DNA from: Haliotis rubra
Lineage: Eukaryota
NCBI RefSeq assembly: GCF_003918875.1
Contig: NW_025766015.1
Span: 248,001-312,000, forward strand
Length of the DNA stretch: 64,000 bases
Direction of reading: 5' to 3'
Positions 52,709-64,000 of this stretch are shown piece by piece. Position 1 is the stretch's first letter. Each line of letters begins with the position of its first letter. The notes beneath the pieces are model-generated. The model was not told where the DNA came from, searched no databases, and saw nothing but the letters and a program-made list of their open reading frames with translations. The position numbers and the translations under genes were made by a program.

Positions 52709-53779
52709 GTGAGGCTTCTCACTAAATGTTCTGTATACACCGATGGAAAGTAAGATGGAAGATATGTTCTTGTCTTGTTAGTGGGGGTTAAGCACACCTG
52801 GTGTCATTCATTCATTCGTATACCTCTCAATTGCCTTTACGCCCACTGAATCTGTATACAATCCTGACTAGTAATTATCTGGCCCTGACGGCTTATACAT
52901 GCCTGGTTATACAAGTTTGGCAATGAGATGACACGCTGTTCTACCATTTTTCGAATTTCCAACCAAACTACCAAAGTATACACCAAAGGCTGTTGTTCGC
53001 AAAACAAGAAATGACTTTCGAGAACATCAGAACAGGTCTTTATCTGCACTATCACAGTGTATCATCATATTACATTCAGTTTTTCCCCAATTATCGAATC
53101 AATTTAATTCTTGACCTAACGATGAACGAGTACCTGCTTTGCTTAGATAGCACATCAAAGGGTGATATTTGATACAGTCGGTTGATACAAAAGTGTAATG
53201 ATTTGGGTGACGTGTATTGCAAAGAAGAAAAACATCTTTCCTCAAGAAAAGTTAAATGAAATGAAATAAGGAATGAATATTATGTTTGAGTTCAATATTG
53301 CTCAATTGTATAATCCATCAAATCTTTGGGGATAGCGATGGGCATTTGCCTCTTTCCGAGTTCAAAATTTCAAAGGATCGGAGCATCTGTCCCTTTTCTG
53401 CTCCAGCTCATACAATTCTCATGAAAATAATTTGGATTCGTCTCTTGGGTATAATATCCAAATATTTTTAACATAAATTGAATTAAGTAAAAACAGTTTT
53501 CTTTATGTTCATGATCATAAGAATTATTTCTGTATGCATGCATGCATTATTTGAAGGGCCATGGATCTCATTAGAACTGTCTAGCAACACATTAAATACG
53601 ATAAATACAAGCATTTAAAATACGACATATATATCTAAAATACCATCAAACTCATTTGTTAAAGATGTTAATAACATGATCATATACCAAAAGGTGCGGG
53701 TGCGTTCCGAGGCAAGATGGTGTATGACGATAACTTCGTATTGAGCATTTTATAAATAGAACTATAAACAGCATATACC

Positions 53780-54826
53780 CACTGTTTTCATGTCTATAGC
53801 GAACTGAATGCAGAGGACATCGTTGAACCTGAAAGAGTCATATTCATATCCGAAAAGAAAATATATTCACAGAATAAGAATTCTGCCCAAACTATACAAT
53901 TTGTGACTTGACGTTGAAACCAAAACAAAGAGAGAGTCATTGCTAGGTCCTGCAAATGTACCACCAAATCCTTGTCTCAACCGCTAGCCGTGATCTTCAA
54001 TTATACAAAAATTAGGGGGGGGACGTTCTTTAGAATTCATAGAAAGTGTTTAAGAGAAGTGAAGAAAGCAGATGTCAATTAGATAGCAAAAACAAAAAGA
54101 TTTTCTTAACTTTTGGAATCTCAGAAAAGAACCAAATTTATTTGTGTGAACACATTTGAGTTTTCCGCTAAAGACCACTATCCAACAAAACAAATCTTTT
54201 GTTTAATTTTGTAACATTATGAACATCGATACAGTCAGGTATCTATCATCAGAGGTTCTGGACAATTTGCCCCAAAATAAAGCAAATGTCTTCTGAGGAA
54301 GACGTAGAAAATAGTGTCTGAAATGCTGAAAACCTGGGTAACACATATATAAATTTTGGTGTAAAACATTTACACAAGATGAAGGCATCACCAGTTGTGC
54401 ACCCTTTCTTGCTGATCAATATCGTTTGCATGCGAATTGAAATTTCTGACTGACTTAACAAACTCGAAACACAAGAAGCTTAGCTTGAGGTCCATCGATG
54501 ACATGGTATTTCCAATAACAGTCAAACGTCTACAGTCGAAAAAGATGTAATAAAGACAACTGAAACTGATCAATCTGTTTCATATTTAGATCTAGGAACA
54601 TAGATCCTGAATGCCAGAGGTTAGCCACAAGACTGTATGAAAAGAGATGACTTCACCTTTCCAATAGTCCGCTTGCCCTTTATGTCAGGCAATAACCCAG
54701 GAGCTGTAACATTTTTCAGGTCCAGTTTTAGGTGTTTACGTTTAAAGTACACTTGGTCATGCTCTTTCTACTAAGATTTCAAAGAACGCCTCATGACTAT
54801 TGCCAGACGTTGTTTGATTAAAGTTA
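53780..54826 (+). mobile_element. Penelope-like element reverse transcriptase remnant
   Basis: ERVIARSCKCTTKSLSQPL, VNTFEFS, TSCAPFLAD, RSIDDM, SVSYLDL, LYEKRDDFTFPIVRLPF motifs in order; many lesions. Confidence 0.85.
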
Positions 54827-55123
54827 CACTGAGTGCATTTTCACTATATGATTGTTTGATTCATAATCACAGGCACAGGATGTAGTTGGAACCATATAAT
54901 CGACCGTGCTTTTAGCAGAATTTCAATAATGAGTGTGGAAAAAAGGTTTTGTCGTTTTGTTGACAAACACATTAGTATTTGTCCATTCACATCAGTTAAC
55001 CATGGCTTCTCAACAAAGAAAAAGTGCTCACATCAGTAGACGCATTTTAAAAAATGATTTTCTAGTTAACAAAATGGTATAATGGTTATTTATTACTGTT
55101 AGTATTCCTTGTCATACTTAATC

Positions 55124-56413
55124 AAGAATGACCAGAAATTATTGAGAATTTTAGGAATATGTTTAATTGGATTTCTAGTATAAACAACCTTGACCAGCTA
55201 TCAAGTGCTTGGTTTCATTCAAGAGAGACAACTCCGTTAATGCTTTTTCATTAGTTTGTGAAGAGTTATCCCCCCCCTTTGTTTACTTGCTAGCAGACCA
55301 CATTTTCAGTGATCCTCAGTATGGATGATTTAGAGAAGAGGAAGTTGATTTTAGAGTATTATAACAAGGACTTCAAATCAGCTAAAGTGATTTCAAGTAG
55401 AACAGGCATCCACTGTTTATCGTGTTTTGAAAAATATTGCAAATAGATATGGCATTGAGCACCAGGGAGGCGCAGGTAGGCCAAGAAATTGACTGTCGGT
55501 GACAGGAGGCGGCTTGGTATTCTTGTTTCTAAAACAAACGAAGAAGTTTAGAAAACTTAAGGCTGGATATGATTGATAGAGGAACTGTGGCTGTCTGTAA
55601 GGAGACAATTAGAACTGAGCTGCATGCAATGGGTTGGCACAAAAGTCGAGGAATTCCATCACCGATCATGAAACCTGAACAAAAGGAGCGAAGGTTGAAC
55701 TGGTGCTTACAGCACAGAAATTTTAACTGGGACAATGTGATTTTCTCAGATGAAAGTTCTCTGTGGCTGTGTCCTAATGCACTGAAATTCTTGACCAAAC
55801 AAACTGAAAAACCTTTGTATCAGCGCCCAAAGTACAGTCCGAAATTTAACGTGTGGGGTGGCATATCTGCGTTAGGGTCAACGCCCCTCTGTGTATTTGA
55901 AGGGAATATGAACAGTGAGCGGTACACAGATATTTCTCGAGGGACATATACTTCCATCTGGTCACGTGTTCTATGGAAATTTTTGGATTTTCCAGCAGGA
56001 CAACGACCCACAACATCGTTCAAAGCATTCACAGGCCTGGTTTCGGACCCAAATATGACATGATTAGATTGGCCAAGCTATAGCCCTGACCTAAATCCAA
56101 TAGAAATGTTTGGGGACTTATGAAGGAAAGTGTCAATAAGAAAAATCTGACAAATATTGCTGAAATGAAAGAAGAGGTGGTCCGATATTGGGACAGCATT
56201 GACCACAACTTTCTAACTTCTTTGATCAATAGTATGACCCGCCGCATTGAAGCTTGCATTGCTGCCCATGGTGACTTGAAAAAACACTTACTGTTCACCT
56301 GTCTTTGAATCTGGAGTTATGTTCTGCTAATATTCGCATTTAATACGTGAGTAATGAGTGAAAAAATTAAAAATTTACAATCTTTAAATTCTCAATAATT
56401 TCTGGTTGTACTG
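55124..56413 (+). mobile_element. Second Tc1-family (DD34E) transposon, decayed
   Basis: Inverted repeat accagaaattattgagaattt (55131-55151) / aaattctcaataatttctggt (56386-56406); right end ...tgtactg-TA; left terminus degenerate. Confidence 0.88.
55321..56285 (+). pseudogene. Tc1 transposase pseudogene
   Basis: MDDLEKRKLILEYY..., GAGRPR, VIFSDESS, VWGGIS, FQQDNDPQH, WPSYSPDLNPIE across several frameshifts. Confidence 0.9.
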
Positions 56414-57604
56414 TACATTCAAATAGCACCACCCGATCACAGGGTCACCTAGTTCACTGTACATCTCATCGTACTCTGTTTTCGATTGTTTCGTTAGGAA
56501 TGCATAGTAAAGACAAATTTAAAACCCCAACACACACCCCACCCCACCCCCTAATTCATAACCAAAATTTCAGAGGATCTTCTTATAAAACCTTTACTCT
56601 CAACCTCTGTTAATATTTCTCCCACGCATTATCGCTGAGTGGACTCCACTGACTTAAAGGATGTTTTTCATCATTTTACTCTACTTAGTGATGCTTGTCA
56701 AATGTGCACCTGTGTACTTCGGCGGGGAGGGCTTTACCGCTCTGGAAACACGTTTTCATTACGTTTCTCTTGCAACAAGGCCTGAATACAAGAACTTAGT
56801 ATCAGTAGAGAGGGGGTGCTTCCCCTTTGTAAAATACCTTAGTACAATTGTACTGTACTGTAGTGTATTATTTGCATTACGTTCTGTAATATTATTTTGC
56901 ATTAGATACTGTTTTGTGACAACCAATTTTGGCAATGTGTTGTAAACAACGGGTATAAATCTCTAAATGACTTAAGATGCCTGATTTATGTTATCTATCA
57001 AGTCATCTTTCTCTTTAAAGACCATTTTGACTGGGACGTCAACGAGTCAATATTGTATGATTCATACATGATTATCAACGTTTACTTAATCATTAAAAGC
57101 CTTTAAAGAGTGACTGAGCTCCAGCTTTAGTTTTCCTTCTTTAGTTTTAGCTAAATAATGTAAGAAGTGTCATGTTTAAAATTGAGGCTTTGTATGTATG
57201 GAATGATTAACACAAACTAACATTGTAGATTTGCATTTCTCGATGTTTGTTTTGAATTAACAAGCGAGCAGTGACCTGTGTTACCCGTCGAATCCCTAGT
57301 TGTAACTATAAGTTATATGAGACCACCGAGACAAAAGCATCAATTATATAGTGTAGCTGTAAGTGTATCTGTTCTGGAATATTCCAGAATGTTCTGGATG
57401 GGTCTATGCTTGATGTGGCTGTAGTGCTCTGTAGTACCCTCCAGAACTCTCAGTCTAAATATAGCACAACTTTAAATACAACACAACACTACCTTCACAG
57501 TGTTAAACACTGTTAAACAATTAATAACACTATCCGATAACACATAATGAACAACAGATGGAAGACAAAAACGTTCTTTGTTGATTTCATTGATCGTAAT
57601 TGCA

Positions 57605-57768
57605 TGAGTGAGTGAGTGACTTTAGTTTTACGCCGCTTTTAGCAATATTCCAGCACAGCTGTGGACACCACAAATGGGCTTCACACATTGTACTCATGTG
57701 GGGAATCGAACCCGGGTCTTCGTCGTGACGAGCGAACGCTTTAACCGCTAGGCTACCCCACCGCCCCC
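57605..57768 (-). mobile_element. SINE family A, full length
   Basis: Reverse-complement match to consensus. Confidence 0.93.
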
Positions 57769-58829
57769 ATAATTACAAGAGATTAAGTTGACGTTAAGTT
57801 AAAAGGTTGCTCGAGAAGTATATATGAGAAGGGAATTAGTGTCTGTTTCCCGACCTGTTTCAATATACGTTTTCGCTTGTTCCTCTTGTATAGATACCAA
57901 GAGGTTAACTAGCATTGCTCCAAGGATGTACTGAATGCTAAAGCCCATGGATGTATAGTAATTCTACCGTTTAAAGAGGCAAGTCTTGATAACAGGTCTA
58001 AGGATGCCAGTCTGTTATTTATAATTTTCCGAAATGTTGATTTAAACTATTATTTATTACCTTAGAGACTTGTGCAAGTCTAGGGTTAAACCGACCCTCA
58101 GTCCCTCTTGACAAACCCAGAAATATTACCAAGGAAACCTGTATACACATAAGGGAGGCAACTCTACACATCAAGTTGACTCGGCCCTAAATTGGTGTAC
58201 TATATATTTGAACCAACATGTGTCTTACTTTCGACTTCGTAAAATCAACCAGTTCGTCTTATGTCCTTTTTCTATAAAGCAGAAGCGGTGCTTCCCATGT
58301 AAACGTTTGTTTGCGAGAGATAAATGTTAGCATAGTGTACATATAGTTTATGACCATGAAGTATTTGACAATACATGTTTTCATCTCAAGTATATTCACA
58401 CAGATAGATTTGTGAAGCAGCATAAAGAAGTACGTAAAAATATTATCATTCATCGATTAGACACATGCCCGCCATATAAAATGTAATTTAGTTAAAATCA
58501 ATGTGCAAAGCTCGCGAACCGCCGTTTGTCAAAACATCCCAGCACGTGTCTAAATAAAGAGTGAATGTCCTCCCTGAACATCAGTAAAATGAAGCCCTGG
58601 ATATAACCAATTCAAGTTTAGATTATTCTTCAAACTTTGGACGAGATAAAACCACACGTGTTATTAACAATCGAATCGACGGCCTTATCTTGTTCCAGCG
58701 GTTTCGTGGCACGGTTGTGAAGTTCACATGAGACAGGTCAACGAGAACATGTAATTCTGGTGGCGAACATTATCGGGCGTGTAATGGGAAGGCTTGCGTC
58801 ATCTTGACGAAAGATGGGTGGGTGCGTTT

Positions 58830-59250
58830 GGAGAGAGTGGTGAGCTGGATGAGAGAGAGAGAGTGAGTGAGATGGATGAGTTGTGAGGTGGATGAGTGAG
58901 TGAATTAGTGACTGAGGTGGGTGGATGAGTGAGTGAATTAGTGACTGAGGTGGATGAGTGGTGAGGTGGATGTGTGAGTGACGTGGATGAATGGTGAGGT
59001 GGATGAGTGGTAAAGTGGATGAGACAGAGATTTAGTGAGTGAGATGGATGAATGTTGAGGGATGAGTGGATGAGTGAGAGTGAATTGAGTGAGTGAGGTG
59101 GATGAGTGTTAAGGTGGAAGAGTGAGCGATGTGGATGAGTCAGTGAGGTGGGTGAGTGATGAGGTGGATGTTAGTGAGATGGATGTATAGAGTGAGCTGG
59201 ATGAGTGAGTGAGTGAATGAGTGGGTTTTATGAGTCGGTGAGTGAGGCAG
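58830..59250. repeat. Degenerate GAGT/GGAT microsatellite tract
   Basis: Reiterated gtgaggtggatgagt. Confidence 0.85.
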
Positions 59251-60189
59251 TCATATCTAACATGAAGGTAAACGTAATATAACCGATTTCGCGATTGTAA
59301 GAGTCAAACTTCTTTCGTTTTCTCCCTCTCAAGTATTTGATCATTATTTCCGAAGATTTAAGATAGAATATCGGATGTTTCCTTCTGTCATTGATTTTAT
59401 TTAATATTTATCAAATATTAATGTTATTGTCACTCTTATGAAAGAAATACATTTCATCGTTGTTTGACGTACGTCCCTTAGCCTCGTACACAGTGTCTTT
59501 AGTTAGGAGAAATATCGAGCTTCTTTCGACCAAATGGACACAATTTCCGAAGCCAATACTTTGCATTCAACGCCTTGACACAGGTGCAATTTAAACCAGC
59601 CGTAAAACCCTACTCATTCACATGGTAACATGTGTTTACCATCAGATTCAGCGACACTTGTGCCGAGTTTGAATCTTTTAAACGGTAATTTACACTCAAA
59701 CGGATTGATTTTAGTAGCTGACGTTGAAGTGCCAATTTAAACAACAACCCGGTCAATCTCGTGTCGTTTTGCGATCGGTTACATGTAAACGTTCACGGAC
59801 AACTATATTGTGCTATTGCTCTCTTGACAGTACCATGAGCTTGTGTTCTTTGATTTCTATCATGGTTTTGGTAGGGCCTGAGTTTAGTGTTGCGGTTTGC
59901 GGTAAGACGAAGGATTTCATGTGCTCATTGTCTAGTCGCTTGAAATTCTTACTTCTCGTTCTCATCTGTGCCTCTGAAGTAATTCCCCGCACCAAGGTAA
60001 CGGTAAATCGATTCCTCAGACACGTTTTGTCTCAGGAACACTACAAATACGCCATTACACCCATTACGCCATTCCCCATCACTAAACTCTAAACGAGGCA
60101 TGCACATGTGCCACAAAAGACACACAGGGAATTATGCTCTTACCGTCGTACCAGTTTATGCATTGATACGTAATTATGTTTCTTGAGTT

Positions 60190-61640
60190 GAAGACCCTTA
60201 TGCCCTTAGTAACTTCTCAGGGGTGACATGGAAAACCATGTGCGTTAAGTAACATCTTAGCCCTGACTTTGAGACCCTCATGCATCAAGTACTATCTTAG
60301 CCCAGACTTGTAGATCCTTCTGCATCAAGTACTATCTTAGTCCAGACTTGTAGACCCTCATGCATCAAGTACTATCTTAGCCTTGACTTGGTGACCCTCA
60401 TGCATCAAGTAGTATCTTAGCCCAGACTTGGAGACCCTCATGCATCAAGTACTATCTTAGCCCTGACTTTGAGACCCTCATGCATCAAGTACTATCTTAG
60501 CCCAGACTTGAAGACCCTCACGCATCTTAGCCCAGACTTGTAGACCCCTCTGCATCAAGTACTATCTTAGCCCAGACTTGTAGACCCTTCTGCATCAAGT
60601 ACTATCTTAGCCCAGACTTGAAGACCCTTCTGTATCAAGTGCTATCTTAGCCCAGACTTGAAGACCCTCACGCATCAAGTACTATCTTAGCCCTGACTTG
60701 GAGACCCTCATGCATCAAGCACTATCTTAGCCCTACTATCTTCATGCATCAGTACTATCTTAGCCCAGACTTGAAGACCCTTCTGTATCAAGTGCTATCT
60801 TAGCCCAGACTTGAAGACCCTCACGCATCATAGCCCAGACATGTAGACCCTTCTGCATCAAGTACTATCTTAGCCCAGACTTGTAGACCCTTCTGCATCA
60901 AGTACTATCTTAGCCCAGACTTGAAGACCCTTCTGCATCAAGTGCTATCTTAGCCCAGACTTGAAGACCCTCATGCATCAAGTGCTATCTTAGCCAAGAC
61001 TTGAAGACCCTCACGCATCATAGCCCAGACTTGTAGACCCTTCTGCATCAAGTGCTATCCTAGCCCAGACTTGAAGACCCTCACGCATCATGGCCCAGAC
61101 TTGTAGACCCTTCTGCATCAAGTGCTATCTTAGCCCAGACTTGAAGACCCTCACGCATCTTAGGCCTGACATGGAGAGCCTTGTGCATTAAGTACCATCT
61201 TAGCCTTGACTTGCAGACCCTTCTGCATCAAGTACTATCTTAGCCCTGACTTGAAGACCCTTCTGCATCAAGTACCATCTTAGCCTTGACTTGCAGACCC
61301 TTCTGCATCAAGTACCATCTTAGCCTAGACTTGTAGACCCTTCTGCATCAAGTACTATCATAGCCCAGACTTGAAGACCCTCACGCATCTTAGGCCTGAC
61401 ATGGAGAGCCTTGTGCATCAAGTGCTATCTTAGCCCTGACTTGCAGACCCTCACTCACCTAGGACAATCTTAGGCCAGGCATATATGCCTAGTACGATTG
61501 GAGTGATGCTTGGAGTCCCTTACGCATCAAGTAAATTCTTGCCCAAGATTTAGAGACCTTTATGACCTTGTACTATCTTAGGCCTGAACAGGAGACTCAT
61601 TATCACCTGGTACTTTCTTACCCCAGACTTGAAGACCCTT
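60190..61640. repeat. 40-bp minisatellite (gcatcaagtactatcttagcccagacttgaagacccttct)
   Basis: Period 40 with recurrent 30-bp deletion units and degenerate edges. Confidence 0.96.
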
Positions 61641-62080
61641 AAGTCCCTCCTACCATCATCACGTTACATAAATGCTGATAAAACACAGTAGCCCTGGTTG
61701 CACTTGACAATTATTTCTGATAATGCCATAAAATGGATCATCGTTTAAAATATCTCTGTATCAGGACACTTCATAAGCACGTTCATTAAGTCCTATGCTT
61801 TTGCCATGCCGAAGAGCAGATGTTTTTATAATATCCCCATTATCGCATTTTGTAGAACTGATATTGATGTCAATGGGTGAGAAGAAAACAGCTGATCTCA
61901 CATGCCTAACACGCCACCTGGTGACGGATTCCTGAATGTATTTGTTCGTCCGGGATGATGTACCTTGTATCCACATCCAAGATTGATATTGTCAATACGG
62001 GTGTTCCAACAGAAATATATCCAAGCGCGCCTGTATCATAGACTATTGGTCATGTAATCTTCAGTAGCTGGATGAAATGA
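61640..62080 (-). mobile_element. Decayed LINE APE-endonuclease remnant
   Basis: Peptides LDIFLLE, INLGCGYKVHHPGRTNTFRNPSPGGV, DNGDII, NVMMVG(G)D occur in APE motif order across frameshifts. Confidence 0.45.
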
Positions 62081-63094
62081 ATGTTTAATGACGAACTTGC
62101 TTTTATTACTGCCACAGGGTGAAAAACAATCTTTGCATGCTTGAAAAGAACATGGAATTAACGTGTACTTCAAACACGGGATGAGTGACCACTTATTTCA
62201 TAATTTCCAAGAAACCAATGACTTCCTTATAAACTATTTACAATGGTTGATTGTTTCTTGTCGTATCTGTGGAACGACGCCGCCATTAATATTTAATTCA
62301 ATTATTTGAATTATTTCGGATTAAAATGGTTCGGAATTGATCTGGTTTCATTTGAGGGACATAGATGCATTCTGTTTTTTTCGGCTCACATCCAAGAATA
62401 TCATATTTGTTGTAACGAAATTTTGATAATTGGTTTTAACGAAGGCTGTTTTTCTACACGAGTGTTGTAATTGATGACAGGTTTATGGCAAATGTTGGTA
62501 GGGTTGGTCACTCACATGTATTTAAAGAAAGTTGTTTGCCATCCAAATATTCTTCGAATTCTACATACCCGTTAATCAAGGGGTGTTCTCTTCAGTGAAA
62601 TTATTCAGATTAACAGAAAAGAAATAATGTCCCTCACATCGTAATGTCCTGACGTTGGAATCGATAGGGTCTCATGCTTATAGGAAAACTTTATCAGTTT
62701 GAACATATTATTGTGCAGGTTTCCGGACTAACAAGGTTTACAGTATAACTTATAACGATGAAAATGGCATTACTCGTTGCTTGACATGTAAAGTATCTCG
62801 TGGTCGAAACACGATAGCGGCTGATGTCAGACTGTGTTAGATGTGAGTTCGACTGGGAATTAGGCACTTACCTTCCTGTCTTTCTGTCAATATTAGAGGC
62901 ACCAAAGTGGTAAACAAGACCGACCGACATCACTTCGGACTTTACAAAAGTCCTCACTCACTCACTGTTCAAAGCAGTCGAAGATAATTCCAAACGAAAA
63001 ATGTCAGCACCAGAGAATTTTTTATCAGTTTCAGGTTTGTATGAAAACAGATTCCAGTGGGGATTTTTGTGTGTGTGTGTGGTTTTTTTCTTCT

Positions 63095-63303
63095 CAACGC
63101 CTCACTCACCAATACTACAGCTATAAGGTAGCGGTCTGTAAATAATCGAGTCTAGACCAGACAATCGAGTGATATATACAATGAGCATCGACCTCCGTAA
63201 TTGGGATACGATGACATGTGTCAATCAAGTCACCCCTCATGAGTCGCCTCTTATGACAAGCACGGGTTGCTGAAGACCAACCCTGACCCAGATCTTCACG
63301 GGT
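63095..63303 (-). mobile_element. Retroposon family B, diverged
   Basis: Consensus match ending in gatcttcacgggt. Confidence 0.88.
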
Positions 63304-63423
63304 AGACACGGGTGTCGTTGAATAAGAAAAATAATGATATTAAATAATAAACATGAGCTGTAATTGTACTTGTCTTCTGTATCTTTTCCGTCCTATGTAT
63401 ATACCTTTCCTTCTGCCATAATA

Positions 63424-63693
63424 TGAGTGAGTGAGTGAGTTTAGTTTACGCCGCATCCAGAAATATTCCAGGTATATGTTGGCGATCTGTAAATAATCGA
63501 GTCTGGACCAGACAATCCAGTGATCAACAACATGAGCATCGATCTGCGTAATTTGGAACCGATGACATGTGTCAACCAAGTCAGCGAGCCTGACCACCCG
63601 ATCCCGTTAGTCGCTTCTTACGACAAGCAGAGTCGCCTTTTGTGGCAAGCATGGGTTGGTAAAGACCTATTCTACCCCGGATCTTCACGGGTC
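63424..63693 (-). mobile_element. Retroposon family B (duplicated-hairpin variant)
   Basis: Consensus match; flanking tctgccat duplication. Confidence 0.93.
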
Positions 63694-63934
63694 TGCCATT
63701 ATGACCAAATGCATATTCAATTATCCAGCGTTTTTTGTTTATTCTTTTCATTTACAAGAAGCAATTAGCGACGAACTTCTAATCGCCTCTATGACTCTTT
63801 TGTCTTTGAGCTGAATCCTCGTTAACTGGATTATCTGGGGACCATCAACACAATGTCCAGATGGTCAAGATTGGTAGAGCGGCGATTTTATACGTAAAGG
63901 GTGACCTGTGCAGATAATGATGCCGACGTGTTGT

Positions 63935-64000
63935 AGTGAGTGAGTGAGTATGGTTTTACGCCTCTTTTAACAATATTCCAGCAATATCACGACAGGGGAC
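63935..64000 (-). mobile_element. SINE family A tail (window edge)
   Basis: gtgagtgagtgagtatggttttacgcc...caatattccagcaatatcacg. Confidence 0.85.

Overview
This is eukaryotic, AT-rich, repeat-dense genomic DNA with four N-gaps (9957-10143, 14960-15111, 15312-15472, 40031-40217). The repeat content suggests a mollusc, probably a gastropod such as abalone (inference, not verified). It is not prokaryotic: there are no operons, CRISPR arrays or intact rRNA/tRNA genes, and most listed ORFs are repeat or gap artefacts. The window contains: (1) many copies of two short retroposon families sharing one 3' tail, family A with a tRNA-like head and family B with no tRNA head but a precise 5' end and a pseudoknot-capable 5' domain; (2) one chimeric SINE with a 5S-rRNA-derived segment, CORE-like body and L2-like tail; (3) two inactivated Tc1 (DD34E) transposons and several MITEs; (4) decayed Penelope-like RT fragments with a recurrent 3' motif, plus an inverted repeat with a hammerhead-like core; (5) L2 and other LINE remnants; (6) seven minisatellites (19, 21, 34, 40, 40, ~83 and ~97 bp units); (7) phase-compatible exons of an unidentified minus-strand gene (21533 to 268) and one clear plus-strand exon (52552-52708). 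The best candidate for an undescribed system is the structured-RNA-headed family B retroposon.
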